In this document: in pieces, positions 45,338-57,668 of the stretch
Layout of the letters: the number at the start of each line of letters is the position of its first letter
Numbering within the stretch: the first letter of the stretch is position 1
Source: Auanema rhodensis
Lineage: Eukaryota > Animalia > Nematoda
Direction: 5' to 3'
NCBI GenBank assembly: GCA_964057225.1
Contig: OZ059896.1
Span: forward strand, 6,820,001-6,884,000
DNA: 64,000 nt
Program-made: the position numbers and the translations under genes
Notes under the pieces: model-generated
Database searches by the model: none
Seen by the model: the letters and a program-made list of their open reading frames with translations, nothing else
Told to the model about the DNA's origin: nothing

Positions 45338-47387
45338 ATGGCTCCTACGACAACAATGGCTTTCCCTGATTATGGACTTCGTTCTGATGATATCAGATAT
45401 TTCAAAATGGATACTATAATCAAGGGTCGTGGACCTGATCGTTTGAAATATCTCGACTTGGAAGGTAACTAATTATCATAATCGAACATCTTTGAATCTT
45501 AATTATTATATTATAGGAAGATGGGTTCTAAGTGGAAAGAGCATTCCTTTCATCAGTGGCGCTTTCAATCATTTACAAACTTTAAATTCAGCAAGAGTAC
45601 CATTCAGGGTATTGTCAAAGAGTTTATAATATCAAATATTTTAACTTTCTTTTAGGAAATAATTGATCAGCCTTTGAATGCTATTGGAATGGTTGGCTGG
45701 ACTCCTTCATCTGAGGTAACTAAGGTAGAGAAAAAGCCGTCTCTACCCAAGTTTGTTGCTCCTCCTCCCGTTATTATTGACGACGAGGTTCCATCAAGCC
45801 CTCGTGAAATCATGCCACATCGTTCAGCTGGCTACGGTAGATATCCTACTTCTACTTTTTCTCATCATGTTATGTATTTGCAGGATTGGCACATCAGAAA
45901 AGAAAACTTTCTATTCCTGATCGTTCAAGAAGTGTCTCCCCAATCAGTCCAGCTCGAGGAGGAGAATCTCCCATTCCAGTTTTCGATAAATACGCCAAAT
46001 TTGAACGCAACCGTAAAGGTAGAAAATTTATTTCACATGATGATTGCCTTATAATAGTCCCATCTAATACGCTATCAGATAGTGACGATGAGTTAACCTA
46101 TCATCCCACGTCAACTTCTTTTCGAAACTCTTCGTTACCAATTTCCACATTCAAATCGCCTTTATCTGAAACATCTAATAGAGATTTAAGTTCATTAAAA
46201 CATACTTACAACCCAAAAGCTTCTATTGATGAAACTCAATTGGTATTAAAGCCTATAATTGATTGGAAAAATCAGTTATGGCATTTAGTTGAAGAAAAGA
46301 TTACCTTTATACGTATAGTTGAAACTGAATATTATCTGGAATAGTTAGCCTATAAAGTATTTTCATAATCAATTCAATAAGTTTTATACAGCTGGAAACA
46401 ACATCATTATCCATCCTTTTCAATGGCAGATACTAACAGTTGCATTTATCAGTATACATCATATATATTTTCAGAATCCATCACTCGATATGGCACCCGC
46501 TGGGGAGCTTCTGCTGACTATGGCTATTCTTCAGCTTCCCCATCGCCAACGCCAGGTGATCGTCTGCCACACCGAACTCAGCCTCTGTCGCCACGTAGTG
46601 TGTCGCGAAACGGATACGACACACAGTACGACCCCCCGTTTGATCTCGGAGGCAAGACCTTATATGAAAAAACAGCAGAATTCGCACATAACGCACTTTC
46701 GAGAAAAAAATTGCAGAGATTTTGATAAGTGAATCTGATCTAGAGAGAAAAAGGGCATGGGGGATGAAATATTTATAAAAAAATTACAAAAAACACATAC
46801 AACTAGTTATTTAGTGAGCACGCTTATAAGTATTTTTCGTTTACTCTTTAACTTACACGCACTAGTTTCTGATTTTCTTGCTTGTTTTAATCAAAATACT
46901 GTTATTTTCTGTAAAGTAGCTTCTTACTTCTAGTTTCAATTTGAGTCAGCTAAGTCTTAAGAGTTTTAGAATATTATCTAAATTGACCTGTTTATGTGCG
47001 AAAGTTTTACAAAGAGAGAGAAAAGAGGTTTTAAAGCATATTTTAAAACATCAAGAATCATTTGAGTAAGTCATGTGTTCGTTTATCTAAATATGATACT
47101 TTGAGCAAATTGGTCTCTTTGTTCCATGATTTAACTGGAAACAACTTCTCAGTAGCAAATATACCAACTACTATTAAATTAAGTCAACAAATGTTCGGAT
47201 GGAATGATTGCGAGAAGCGTTAACTTTGACTTACGTCGTTCGGCTTGTGTTCAAAGCAAAAGAAAATCATTTACTTTCACTTCTTCCCCATATTTTCCGC
47301 TGGAAGCCTTTAAGCAAATTTTTTGAACGATCACAGTGAAAGAGGAAGTTCAGGAAGAAAGAGAAATGTGACAGTGAAATAGAGTGC

Positions 47388-47422
<35 letters not shown>

Positions 47423-47948
47423 GGAGAGAGTGAGAGAATAAAGAGAGGGATAGATAATATTGACGACATTACCGTACAAACAGCTTGAGTTTCGCTGTTT
47501 CCTTTATGCCGAAAACGAATTAACCTTTCGCCTTGAATCAAATAAAATGGATTTTTTGAACAAAGTTTAAGAAATCATATGACATTTGAAAAATAATGCA
47601 TTGAATTATAATGATAGCACACAATCATAACTAATCCGTTACCTCCACTCCTATGCTTCATGCTGATTTCGGTTATTTTCCTTATTTTTTTATGTTTTTA
47701 ATATTTTCTTTATTCACTAATTAAGATAACTTATATATATATATATATATACATATATATTTTATATTTTTAGATCGTTCTTACAAGGATGAGCTGAGCA
47801 TTAAAACGAAGACAGAGAAACATTCAGATGTACCATATCGTACCCATGGTTATGGAGATTACCATTCCAAGAGAAAATATGACATTAGTCCACGTTCAAT
47901 TGGATCACTAGGAGATAGCGGGTGATTAATAATATATTTCATTTTATT

Positions 47949-47993
<45 letters not shown>

Positions 47994-48137
47994 AGAATAA
48001 TATTATAATATGTTATATATTACAGATCAGAACAATCGTCTCCAGTGGCAACAGAACGTTCTGCTGATGAGATTATGCTTTTGGCATATCATTCTCGAGG
48101 AAATCTTCCACGAATGAACAAATCACGCATCTTTTAA
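45338..48137 (+). CDS. uncharacterised Ser/Pro/Arg-rich protein with a small N-terminal folded-looking segment
   Basis: About 7 exons join in phase from MAPTTTMAFPDYGLRSDD to ...LPRMNKSRIF*. The model needs a GC donor at 46652. Upstream GGGCGG and TATATAA lie at about 45090-45131. No family recognised. Confidence 0.65.
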
Positions 48138-48979
48138 GAAATTTTTTTCCATATCTGATTACCTCTTAAAATTGAAAAAAAAAATAAAAAAAAATGAATT
48201 AACGAACAACTTAGACTGTTTAGAATAACGAAATTTGAAGACAACTCTTACACTTCTTATTCGAACACATACGATTGTATATAATCAAAATAAATGTTTT
48301 GTTCTCTTTAAATATTTTAAATTTCAATAATAATTATGAATTAAATAATAAAATGATATACGTTCACTTTTGAAATTTGAAAAAAAAATTCACAATGAGA
48401 TAGATCTTCGAAATCTTTCAAATCAAGCAATTTTCAAATATTCATTATCAAAGGTTTACTGTAATCAGTAAATGATTTCAGATTCAAATATATTTTAATA
48501 TTTTAATCACATTGCTTGCTATTTCAGTTCATTTTTTTAATTTTTTAAAATTATTCTGAATAATTGTGTTTTTAAAACTAAAATTCAATTAACTTCATGT
48601 ATACAATGGGTGTTGAAGCCTCCAATGTAAATTAATTTTAATTTTGAGACAAAACCAAAAATAAAACAAATAAAATTTTTTTATTATACATCTCATCAGT
48701 CACATATGATCTTCTTCAAAGAGTTGTAAGAGCAAAAGTTTGAAAGAAAGGAAAGAAGATACATGTTAAATGTTTTTTTTATCACAAAATGAAATCGAGA
48801 CATTACATTATTATGATCATTATATTATCATCTGAGGTGGAATGAGGGGGGGGGGGAAAGGGCTAGCGTGGAATGTAGACTAAGATTTTATTTTTTTTTA
48901 GGAAAAAAAGGAGAGAAGGAGAGAAAAGGAAAGAAAAAGCAATATAGAAAATGACTTCGATGCAGCCGAATAGCCAATT

Positions 48980-50534
48980 TTAGACAATATGCATACCCAT
49001 GTTTAAGGCGAAAATCTGAAATAATTGTTTAAATATTTGATGTTGATAACAAAACTAACTTTTTGCCATTTAATGCTTCCTGGAACAGCTCTGGTATGAC
49101 AGCGGTATACAGGAGTTCTGGATGATGGCTCACATTCCCAAGCATCAGCTTTAGTGAAGAAGTTAACCTTAATATAATACAAAATATGAAATATTTAATG
49201 AAATCTATTATAGTTACTTGAATCAATTTCTTCTTGTTAATGTATTCCTTAATCAATGAATGAGCAATTTCTGCTGTCTCAGCATATATGCAGCAGATCT
49301 TATCAAGTTTTGCAGCAAGGAATCCTTCAACTCCACTGGATCCTTTGGCAATTAATACAGTACAGTTTTGAGACAAGAACTGCAATATAACTATGTTTAA
49401 ATTATATATTTGACTTTAAATTCGATACCTCAATGACTTTCTCTCTGTTAAATCCAGTTACGGTATTATCGAAATCGCAGGTAGCATCCAAATCATCGGC
49501 AGTATAATCAACAATCTTTATGTCTAAATTTGAAGATTTGGCTGTTTTAAAAACTATGTCATGTTCAAGAAGTTACCAGAGCTAGGACTAAGTGTTCCGA
49601 GAAGCTTCGTTACATCGAAAGTAACATATTCATATCGATTGCGATCAGTAACGATAAATCCTGCTTCATCTCTCCATGAATCAGAATACTGTAGGAATTC
49701 GAATGAAAAATTACGTGGGGAAGGGATGAACATACAGCAAATGAATCAAAAGTGACATTCTTTTTCAGTTCCAAGTTCCATCTTCCCAATGTATCTTCGG
49801 CTAGACGATCAGTCATATGAGCTTCAACTACGCGAGCTTCAGGCACGGTGTGAAATTGAACAACAATAGGAAGAAGACGACGATTTTCGCGTTCCTTCTA
49901 AAAATTTAAAAATTTATAAAGTATTACACGTAATATGTTATTTTCAATTTTTGCAAACGACAAATAACAGAAATATCTGGATTTTGTTTTGAAAATATAA
50001 AACGATTTGGCACGTAATACTAACCTCAATAGTGACGAGTTTCAGTTGCTTTCTATCTCCATTAACCTCAGCAACTTTAACCGATTTTCCAGAAATAATT
50101 GGAGAAATTTCAGAAAGGGAGCAATAAGCTTGATTAGCAGAATATTTGACGAGAGTTTGCTTAGCAACAACTTCCCCTAAAAGATTGAACATAACAGTAC
50201 CTATAACATCGAATCCATAAGTATATACCATCTTTTCCGTATACAACAGCAGTTGCAGCTCCATCAAGCTCATGAGCATGAAGTGGAGCATAACGGGTAA
50301 CTTTGAGGATATCCATCTATAAATATATAATAATAACAAAGTTTTATAATACTAAATAAGCCAAAAATAAAACTAATGTAAGACTACAACTATTATAAAA
50401 TATTATATAGAAAGCATATATTAATATTAATTATTGAAGCAAAGCAAACTAGATGATCAAGTTTATAGACATCATATCTTCGTTATTACCTCAAATTTTG
50501 GTGTTGATGGACCGAAAAGGTGATGAAGAGACAT
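48980..50534 (-). CDS. nematode GNAT/acetyltransferase-like protein (tentative)
   Basis: About 8 in-phase exons, MSLHHLFGPSTPKFE...IFALNMGMHIV*. The segment CDFDNTVTGFNREKVIEFL...VEGFLAA...CIYAETAEIAHSLI resembles YitH/HolE-type GNAT C-domains. Confidence 0.72.
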
Positions 50535-52645
50535 GCTTTAGTATTACTTTTAGATAATTTAATCGCAGAATAAAGATCTCAAATGCTCAAAAAACTTTTA
50601 ATATTGACTGTAGAGTCTGGAGTATTGGCTGTTAGATGTAACGGTTGTTTGGTGTGGGGTAAATCCGAATAATGAGAAGTTTGGACACTAGGGGTGTTGC
50701 TGGTTGAATTAGTTGGTGAGACAAGTGGATGGGTTGCAGATGGTTGTAGTATACAGACGAACGAGGAATACTAGACTGGTACAACAACTACAGAAGTAGC
50801 TAAAAGAAGACTCAGGTGGTTGAAGAAAACAGAAATTGGGTAATATTGAGAGAGGGAGAGAGAGAAGGGGTGGGGGGGGGGGGGGTGAAGTATAGGGCGG
50901 TATATAGGAACAAAACAGGGCGATGATCACAACTCGTTCCACTCTCTTTCTTTCTAAAAATGCCTTTTCAACTCTTTACTGTCCCCTCTTTCATGCTTTC
51001 CCCTCCCACTACTACAATCACTCCCAAACACTTCCAAACACACAATCACTGAAGTACGTAAAGCATTGAAATGAATTGGCATGGTCATGATCTTTTAGTC
51101 ATTGCCGTCGGCATGTTGACGGTGATAATGATTCAATTGTATTTCGTCGTTGTCATTTGAATGCCAACAGCTAGCCAACAGTTAAATGATTGTAAAGATG
51201 CTGTTCCTACTACTATTGTCAATGAATTATATGATTTTCACTGTAAACACATAGAGGCATACAAAGAATGCAGCTCTCTGTTGTATGTTGCTCTCAGAAA
51301 TAATGATCGTACTTGCTTATTTTGATAAGAAAAACATGAAAATCAGTTTATCGATAACTGTCCAGTAATCAAGTTCTTCACACAAATATTTGCTACATTG
51401 CTTGATAAAGTTTTAACGTTTCTTTTTAAAATTTTTCTTTTTATCGGATTGACAGTGTTTTACAACAAAATGGAAAAAGTTATTTGTCCTCTAGAAGATG
51501 AGAACGATGAATTAAAGTAAAGCCTTATTTGATGTTCTGAAGGTTAAACCTGATAAAGAAAATGAGAAAGTCGTAAAAGAAATTTTTTTAAAACATAGAA
51601 AACGGTTAAAACGAAATGAAATGATCATAGAGAAATGCTTAACCCTTCAGGGGATCAAAGCGAACAGTGGCTAGAATTATTGGAGGTATGTATTGAAGTG
51701 AAAATAAGAATCAAAAAGAAAAATAGAGTAGAAGTAGGTAAAGAATGAGAGAGGGCGAGAGGGATTTAGTGAGAAATAGGGGAGAGATAGATAGAGAGAG
51801 AGAGAGAGAGAGGGAGCACGACAGAAGTTAGAAGGATGAACCTCGTAATGCATAATCCTTTTCTATCTGGTCGTCATAAATCCCAATGAATCTAACCACC
51901 AAAATAGGCGAAATTGGGGAGACGGGGGGGAGTCAGGTCGAAGGATTTTTGAACATGTTCATACAGTCCGACAGAGCAATTGATTCTAAGAAAATGAATA
52001 TGAAGGTCATATTATTATAAAGAAAAGATATAGATCCAGGTTGAAAGACTGAAATAAAAATGTTTTCAATTCAATCCAACAAATTTTTTTCCAAAAAAAA
52101 TTGTTTTTGAATGAAAAATATATAATATATAGCAATTGTTCTTTATTCTATTAAAGATGTGATGGAATAAATCAAAAAAAAGGAGAATGAGGTAGAAAAG
52201 GAGGGATTTCGATAAAATGAAGGAATGAATGGCATGGTAATCAATGTGGTTACTGGAACAAAAACTTTTTTTAATTTTTATGAAAAATGCTGATGTTGAA
52301 ATAAAGACGATTGGTCAGCAACCATAAGGTAGATAGAATAAGTTGGAAGTGCTGAACTTGGTGGGCGGTCTGAGAGGACTGATAAAGTGCATTCGGAACG
52401 TAGACATCTTCCGAGAGAGAGGAGAAGAAGAATTACAGAAAATAGAGAGAAATCGAGTTAGGTTGAGATAGAGAGAGAGAGATAGAGAGATAGAGAAATA
52501 GAAATATTATTGAGAGAGAGGTTAAGAAAGGTATCAAGAAAAATAAGAGAGAAGAACTTGGATAATAAGAGAAATAAAAGAAAAGAAGGAAACCAGAGAA
52601 ATATCTTAAAAGAAAAAAAGGAGAAAAAGAAAAATGGGCATTCTA

Positions 52646-52648
<3 letters not shown>

Positions 52649-52718
<70 letters not shown>
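52649..52718. repeat. (GA)n microsatellite
   Basis: Perfect AG repeat of about 70 bp. Confidence 0.97.
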
Positions 52719-52724
<6 letters not shown>

Positions 52725-53257
52725 GGAGGGAGATGTGAATCATAAAAAGTAAGATACTTATTCTCTTTGTTCACTCCTTAAATGTCACAAAAGCATTAAA
52801 GTATAAGAGAGAAAAAGAGAGATAGAGAGAAAAGATTGAGAGGGGAAAATAGCGCTAGAACGAAGCTTTCCATCAATATGGCCTTTGGTGATAGTGTTAA
52901 GAATCCGTCTCACTTTTTCCTTAATTACCCAAATATACTTGAAAAAAGAATAATTTGTAGAAAATGGGTACATAAGCTTTGATATATTAATAGAAAAATA
53001 TTGATAATATCTATCTATATAAATCTAAAATATATTAAGAAATCTTAATTATAATTCTGTATCAGTTGATATACATCATGAACTTTAATTTTTGATCAGA
53101 ATATAGAAGAAAATCGAAATGATAGTCTGATCAAAAGAATATTCAAGTAAAATCATGACCGTAAACTGCTAACTGTACAACTATAGACATCACAACAATT
53201 ATCCTCTAAATGCCTAGTAGTCGTCGTAAGGTTTAAGACTATTCTTAGGTTTCACAG

Positions 53258-53261
<4 letters not shown>

Positions 53262-53303
<42 letters not shown>
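53262..53303. repeat. (CT)n microsatellite
   Basis: Perfect TC repeat of about 42 bp. Confidence 0.95.
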
Positions 53304-53308
<5 letters not shown>

Positions 53309-55424
53309 ATATCTCTTTCTTTCTTTCTACTAATTTCGTTTTTCTCTCTTTACTTTTCCCCCTTACACTATTAACAATTCGTTCAATAATTGTGTTGCGT
53401 ATACAGGACAAGGACGGCCGAACCACGCTTGGCCGGATGCTGCTGTGCAACTGGAGGAGGAACAGATAGATAGAAAATACAGAGAAACAGATATATATCT
53501 ATATATATCCATAGAGAGAGAGAGAGAAAAAAAGAAAAAAAAGAAAAATAAAGAGAGAAAAGAAATAATTAGTAAGTTATCAGCAGAATGGTCACTTATC
53601 AGAAGTTATGTAAAATGAAATAGAGAGTGACATAATTGGATATATAACAAATAAAAAAAGTTTGTACTTGAAAATGTTGGGTGATCTTTGCGTAATTAAA
53701 ACTTTTTTTCAAGTTTTCTCTTCAAAAGTACAAAATAAGTTTAAAAAAAAAAGAAAAATGAAAATAATAGTTTCATTTTTCTTTGCTGTTCATTAATATG
53801 AACAAAAAAAATTTCTTTCAAAATACTTTTTTTTTGGGAGAAGATGAATTGAAAAAGAAATGTTCTCCTATTTCCGTCTGATTAGATAATCAATTATCGT
53901 AAATCAGATGGTAACAGATGAGGTAAAGGAATTTAAGGTGATTTCGGTCACTGTTTAGGCCAATCTCAAATCAAACGACACAAGATGATGTATCTCATAT
54001 TAGTATTAGTATAAGATTATTATCTTTAAACATTGCGGTAAATCCATTTAGAATATGTATCAAACTATCTATATCTATCTATATCATATAGCTATATAGA
54101 TATAGATATATCAATAAAATATATGTTATAATTAATTATTTTTATAAAATAAAATAATTAATTTGTTATAAATAATAAAAAATAAAAATATAGGTAATTG
54201 AATAATTTCTTTTCAAGTTTTTCAGAAGGATTTAAAGAGAAATCATGACTACACTTCTATCCCAAAGTAAAGGTAAGACCGAGGACATGACAAACCTATA
54301 TCCGGAATTGTGGAGACACAACACATTGACCTATATACTATATAGAATAAAGAGGAAAATGAAATTTCAAGTATGGATAGGACCTACTATTGAACTGTTA
54401 TAAAATAAAATTTGAAAGAAAAGATATATGACTTGAAAGAAGAAAAATTAAAAAAGATTTGTTTCATGATATCTTTTTTTTTTTTTTTCATTTCTGTTGC
54501 ATTTAGAAATTGTTGCTGACATATCAATTACAGATGAAGAAGTTGGAAAAGGAGTGAAAAGAAAAAGATATTATTGGAAATTATTGATAAAAAAAAGATT
54601 AAAAACAGAGTTTCATATAATCACACACCTGTATATATATATGATTCTATAAAAGAGTTTTCAATTGAAACAGGAAGTTCAATTTGTTATGAGAATAGTT
54701 GATTTTATCTTTTTAATGATCGTCTATATCCATTTGCCAAATTAATGAAACAAAAATCGCTTGAATATCAATGATTTATGACTATTCTATATCCTTTGAG
54801 ATGATAGTTCTCATCTGAATCAGAGCCGTTTGTTAGTTTCGTCCAAGCGCTTAAAGGCTAATTACCTTTCTGCATCAATGAATGACACTGACATACTATA
54901 CTACTCAATAAGTAAAAGATTCACTTTTTATTATATTTGAAAATGAATCTATGGTCCCAATATAGTTAGTTTGATGACAAAAACCTTGACTGTCGAACAC
55001 GCAGGTCCTATGACAATGGGGGTCAACGATGTTTCACCGTTAAGCATTTGAAGCATTCGGGACGAATCTTCTAGGGGTTTCTTAAAATTTTGTACTTGAT
55101 TCGTGTATTTGTTCCAGCAGTTTCAAGGGCACGTCCTTGTTCATTCCGAATAGTACCAGTGAAATCAAATATATATATAGCTACATATATACATATTATT
55201 CTTTTCGATTAAAACTTTTCTTTTTTTGTTTTATAATTTTTTTAAATTTGTTTATTTCTCTTCAATTTACTTTGTGAATAATTTTTTCATTTAATTATCG
55301 TGATTTAAACATTGATGTTAATGTTTTCGAAGTTTAGAAGTACTGTGGAAGTAATTGAATACAGGTTATATAAGATAATCATTTCGTTTCTCCAGGAAGT
55401 AAAAAAGAAAAAAAAAGAAAGAGA

Positions 55425-55427
<3 letters not shown>

Positions 55428-55505
<78 letters not shown>
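55428..55505. repeat. (GA)n microsatellite
   Basis: Perfect AG repeat of about 78 bp. Confidence 0.97.
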
Positions 55506-55511
<6 letters not shown>

Positions 55512-57360
55512 GGAAATATGCAAAAGATGTGCATAGAAGTTTCGTTGATAATACCATAGTGTAAGATTGGATATTGTTTCCAAAATATTATATTTCAATT
55601 GGATATTTCATGTTTTTCTTTCGAATGCATCTAATCATCATAGAACAATCCTAAAGATTCGAGGGACTAAGAGAAAGAGTGAGAGAGAGAAAGAGATAGA
55701 GAGAGAGAGATAGATACGGAGAGAGTATAATGGCTATTTCTCCAGAAAAAAAGAAGAAACTTTGTCACTTTCATGATATATCTCTATCTTAATATCCAGA
55801 TAAAGACGGGAATTTCGATAAAAAAGTGTTACAATTAGCCAAAAAGGGGGAGGGAGATGAAAAGGTGATGGTGGAATGAAGGAATAACATTTAGATATCA
55901 TAAAAAGTGTTGAAATTTGAAAAAAAGATGCTTTTAGTTTATAGCATCAAGTTCATGTTTCATGCCTACTTGCTAGCTAGAATCTGCTGGAAGAAAAACT
56001 GCTTAATGAATGCTTTTTAGCTCATGAAATGATGTATTATAGCTATTATCTTTTGTTCTTTTGTGACTTTAATCATTGTCAGTTATAATGATGCAGAAGC
56101 TTCACTGGTTTCTCTCTATATCTCTATAGTTACAGATAGCAAATCATACAGTATACAAGAAAACCATCTATATATATATATATATTTTCACTTTTTTTAT
56201 AATTATAATTGGCAATAACTTATATATTATGCCAATATAGTTAGTTATAAGATGTCATACGCATATATGTATGTCTGTTGAGAATATGAGTCAGAATGGA
56301 TATCAACGTATTTGGACAAAGCTCTGTTAGATGATAATAATGATGACGTTGCTGATTCTGATGATGATTATGATGATTCAGCCGTAAACGACGACAAAGA
56401 AGATAAGGATAAAGATGAACATACAATAGAAGATTATGTCTATCAGTAATCAAAAGGAAATGTCTCGTTCATCAGACAGTTGATAACCAATGATGTCCTT
56501 GAGGTTATGTGTAATGCTAAGATTAAGACTAATAATGGTATATCTATGCATATATATATATATATATATCTATATATATATAATAAAATATATTTCATAT
56601 AAATATAATTTAATTATATATTCTTAAAATTTAATTCTACATCTATCTATATATTTCCGTTTTTTTTGAAAAAAAAAAACCGGCTTTTCAATTTCAATTC
56701 ATATCATTTATCAATTTTTCATAAATTGACCTAAAAGACAAATGGTATAATAAAAATGAAAAAATCATTTAATTTCATTTTTAGTTTTTTATTTTTAAAT
56801 TTTTGCAAAAAAAAATAAAATAAAAATTTAGAATAAATGAATATAATATTATTTTTTTATTATATAAGTTATATAGTTAATATAATATTATTATCTTCAA
56901 TTATATTGTTGATTATAGAATAAGATTGTATGAATCATTAGTTGTTATGACATAATTATATTGTCAGTAATAGATAAGCTAGTTTCTTCTTCTTATTCTT
57001 CTTCTATTTTGAAAGAACTGAATCTCCGAAATGTTGTCAACACTACTAATAAAGCAAAAAGTGAAAGAAAAATTAATTATATGATATAATAAAGTTTTTA
57101 TTTATTTAAATCTTGAAATTTTAATTTCTTAAAAATTTATCAATAATCTTATATTCTTGATTATATTTTCAAGAACAGAAAACAAAATAATTTTTCATTT
57201 TAAAATTTTAAAATGAATGAACCTTTGAATCAAAATTATGAAAATTTTCAAAAAAAAAAAGAAATATCAATTTCTATATTATGAGGTATTATTAGATTAT
57301 TAGAAAGAGTTAGAAAAAACAAAAAAAGAATTATATATGTTATTATAAAATAAAAGAAAT

Positions 57361-57668
57361 CTAAGAACTAACTTCATTTAATGATTTTGAAATCATATTG
57401 TTGTTATCCTGAATTTCATCTGTTTTATCTTCAGAATAGGATGATGCCAAATCAACGACATCATAAATACTACGATCAAATTCTTCATTATTTAATGATT
57501 CATCACATTTTTCATTTCTTGATTTCTTTCTAAATTAAAAATAATTAAATAAATATATATATATGCTAACTATATCATATAATTAAAATTTAATTTTAAT
57601 TATAAAAAAATGAATTGAACATACCTGAATGCTTTATCTATAAAGCGCAAAAGAACCGAACGAACCAT
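57361..57668 (-). CDS. small acidic/Ser-rich protein gene divergent from unc-22 (at least 70 aa)
   Basis: Exon 1 (57668-57625, MVRSVLLRFIDKAF, donor CAG|GTATGT) is in phase with exon 2 from 57529 (acceptor ATTTAG, RKKSRNEKCDESLNNEEFDRSIYDVVDLASSYSEDKTDEIQD...). It stops at 57361-57363 or splices further at 57372. Confidence 0.55.

Noticed and set aside
54949-55165. GC-richer patch with overlapping 20-57 codon frames on the - strand
   Set aside because: No coherent spliced model, transposase motif or terminal repeats. Left unassigned.
56207-56237. Imperfect palindrome ATTGGCA...TGCCAAT as a DNA-elimination break motif
   Set aside because: No telomeric TTAGGC arrays are nearby and I cannot match a verified consensus. 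Short AT-rich palindromes are common.
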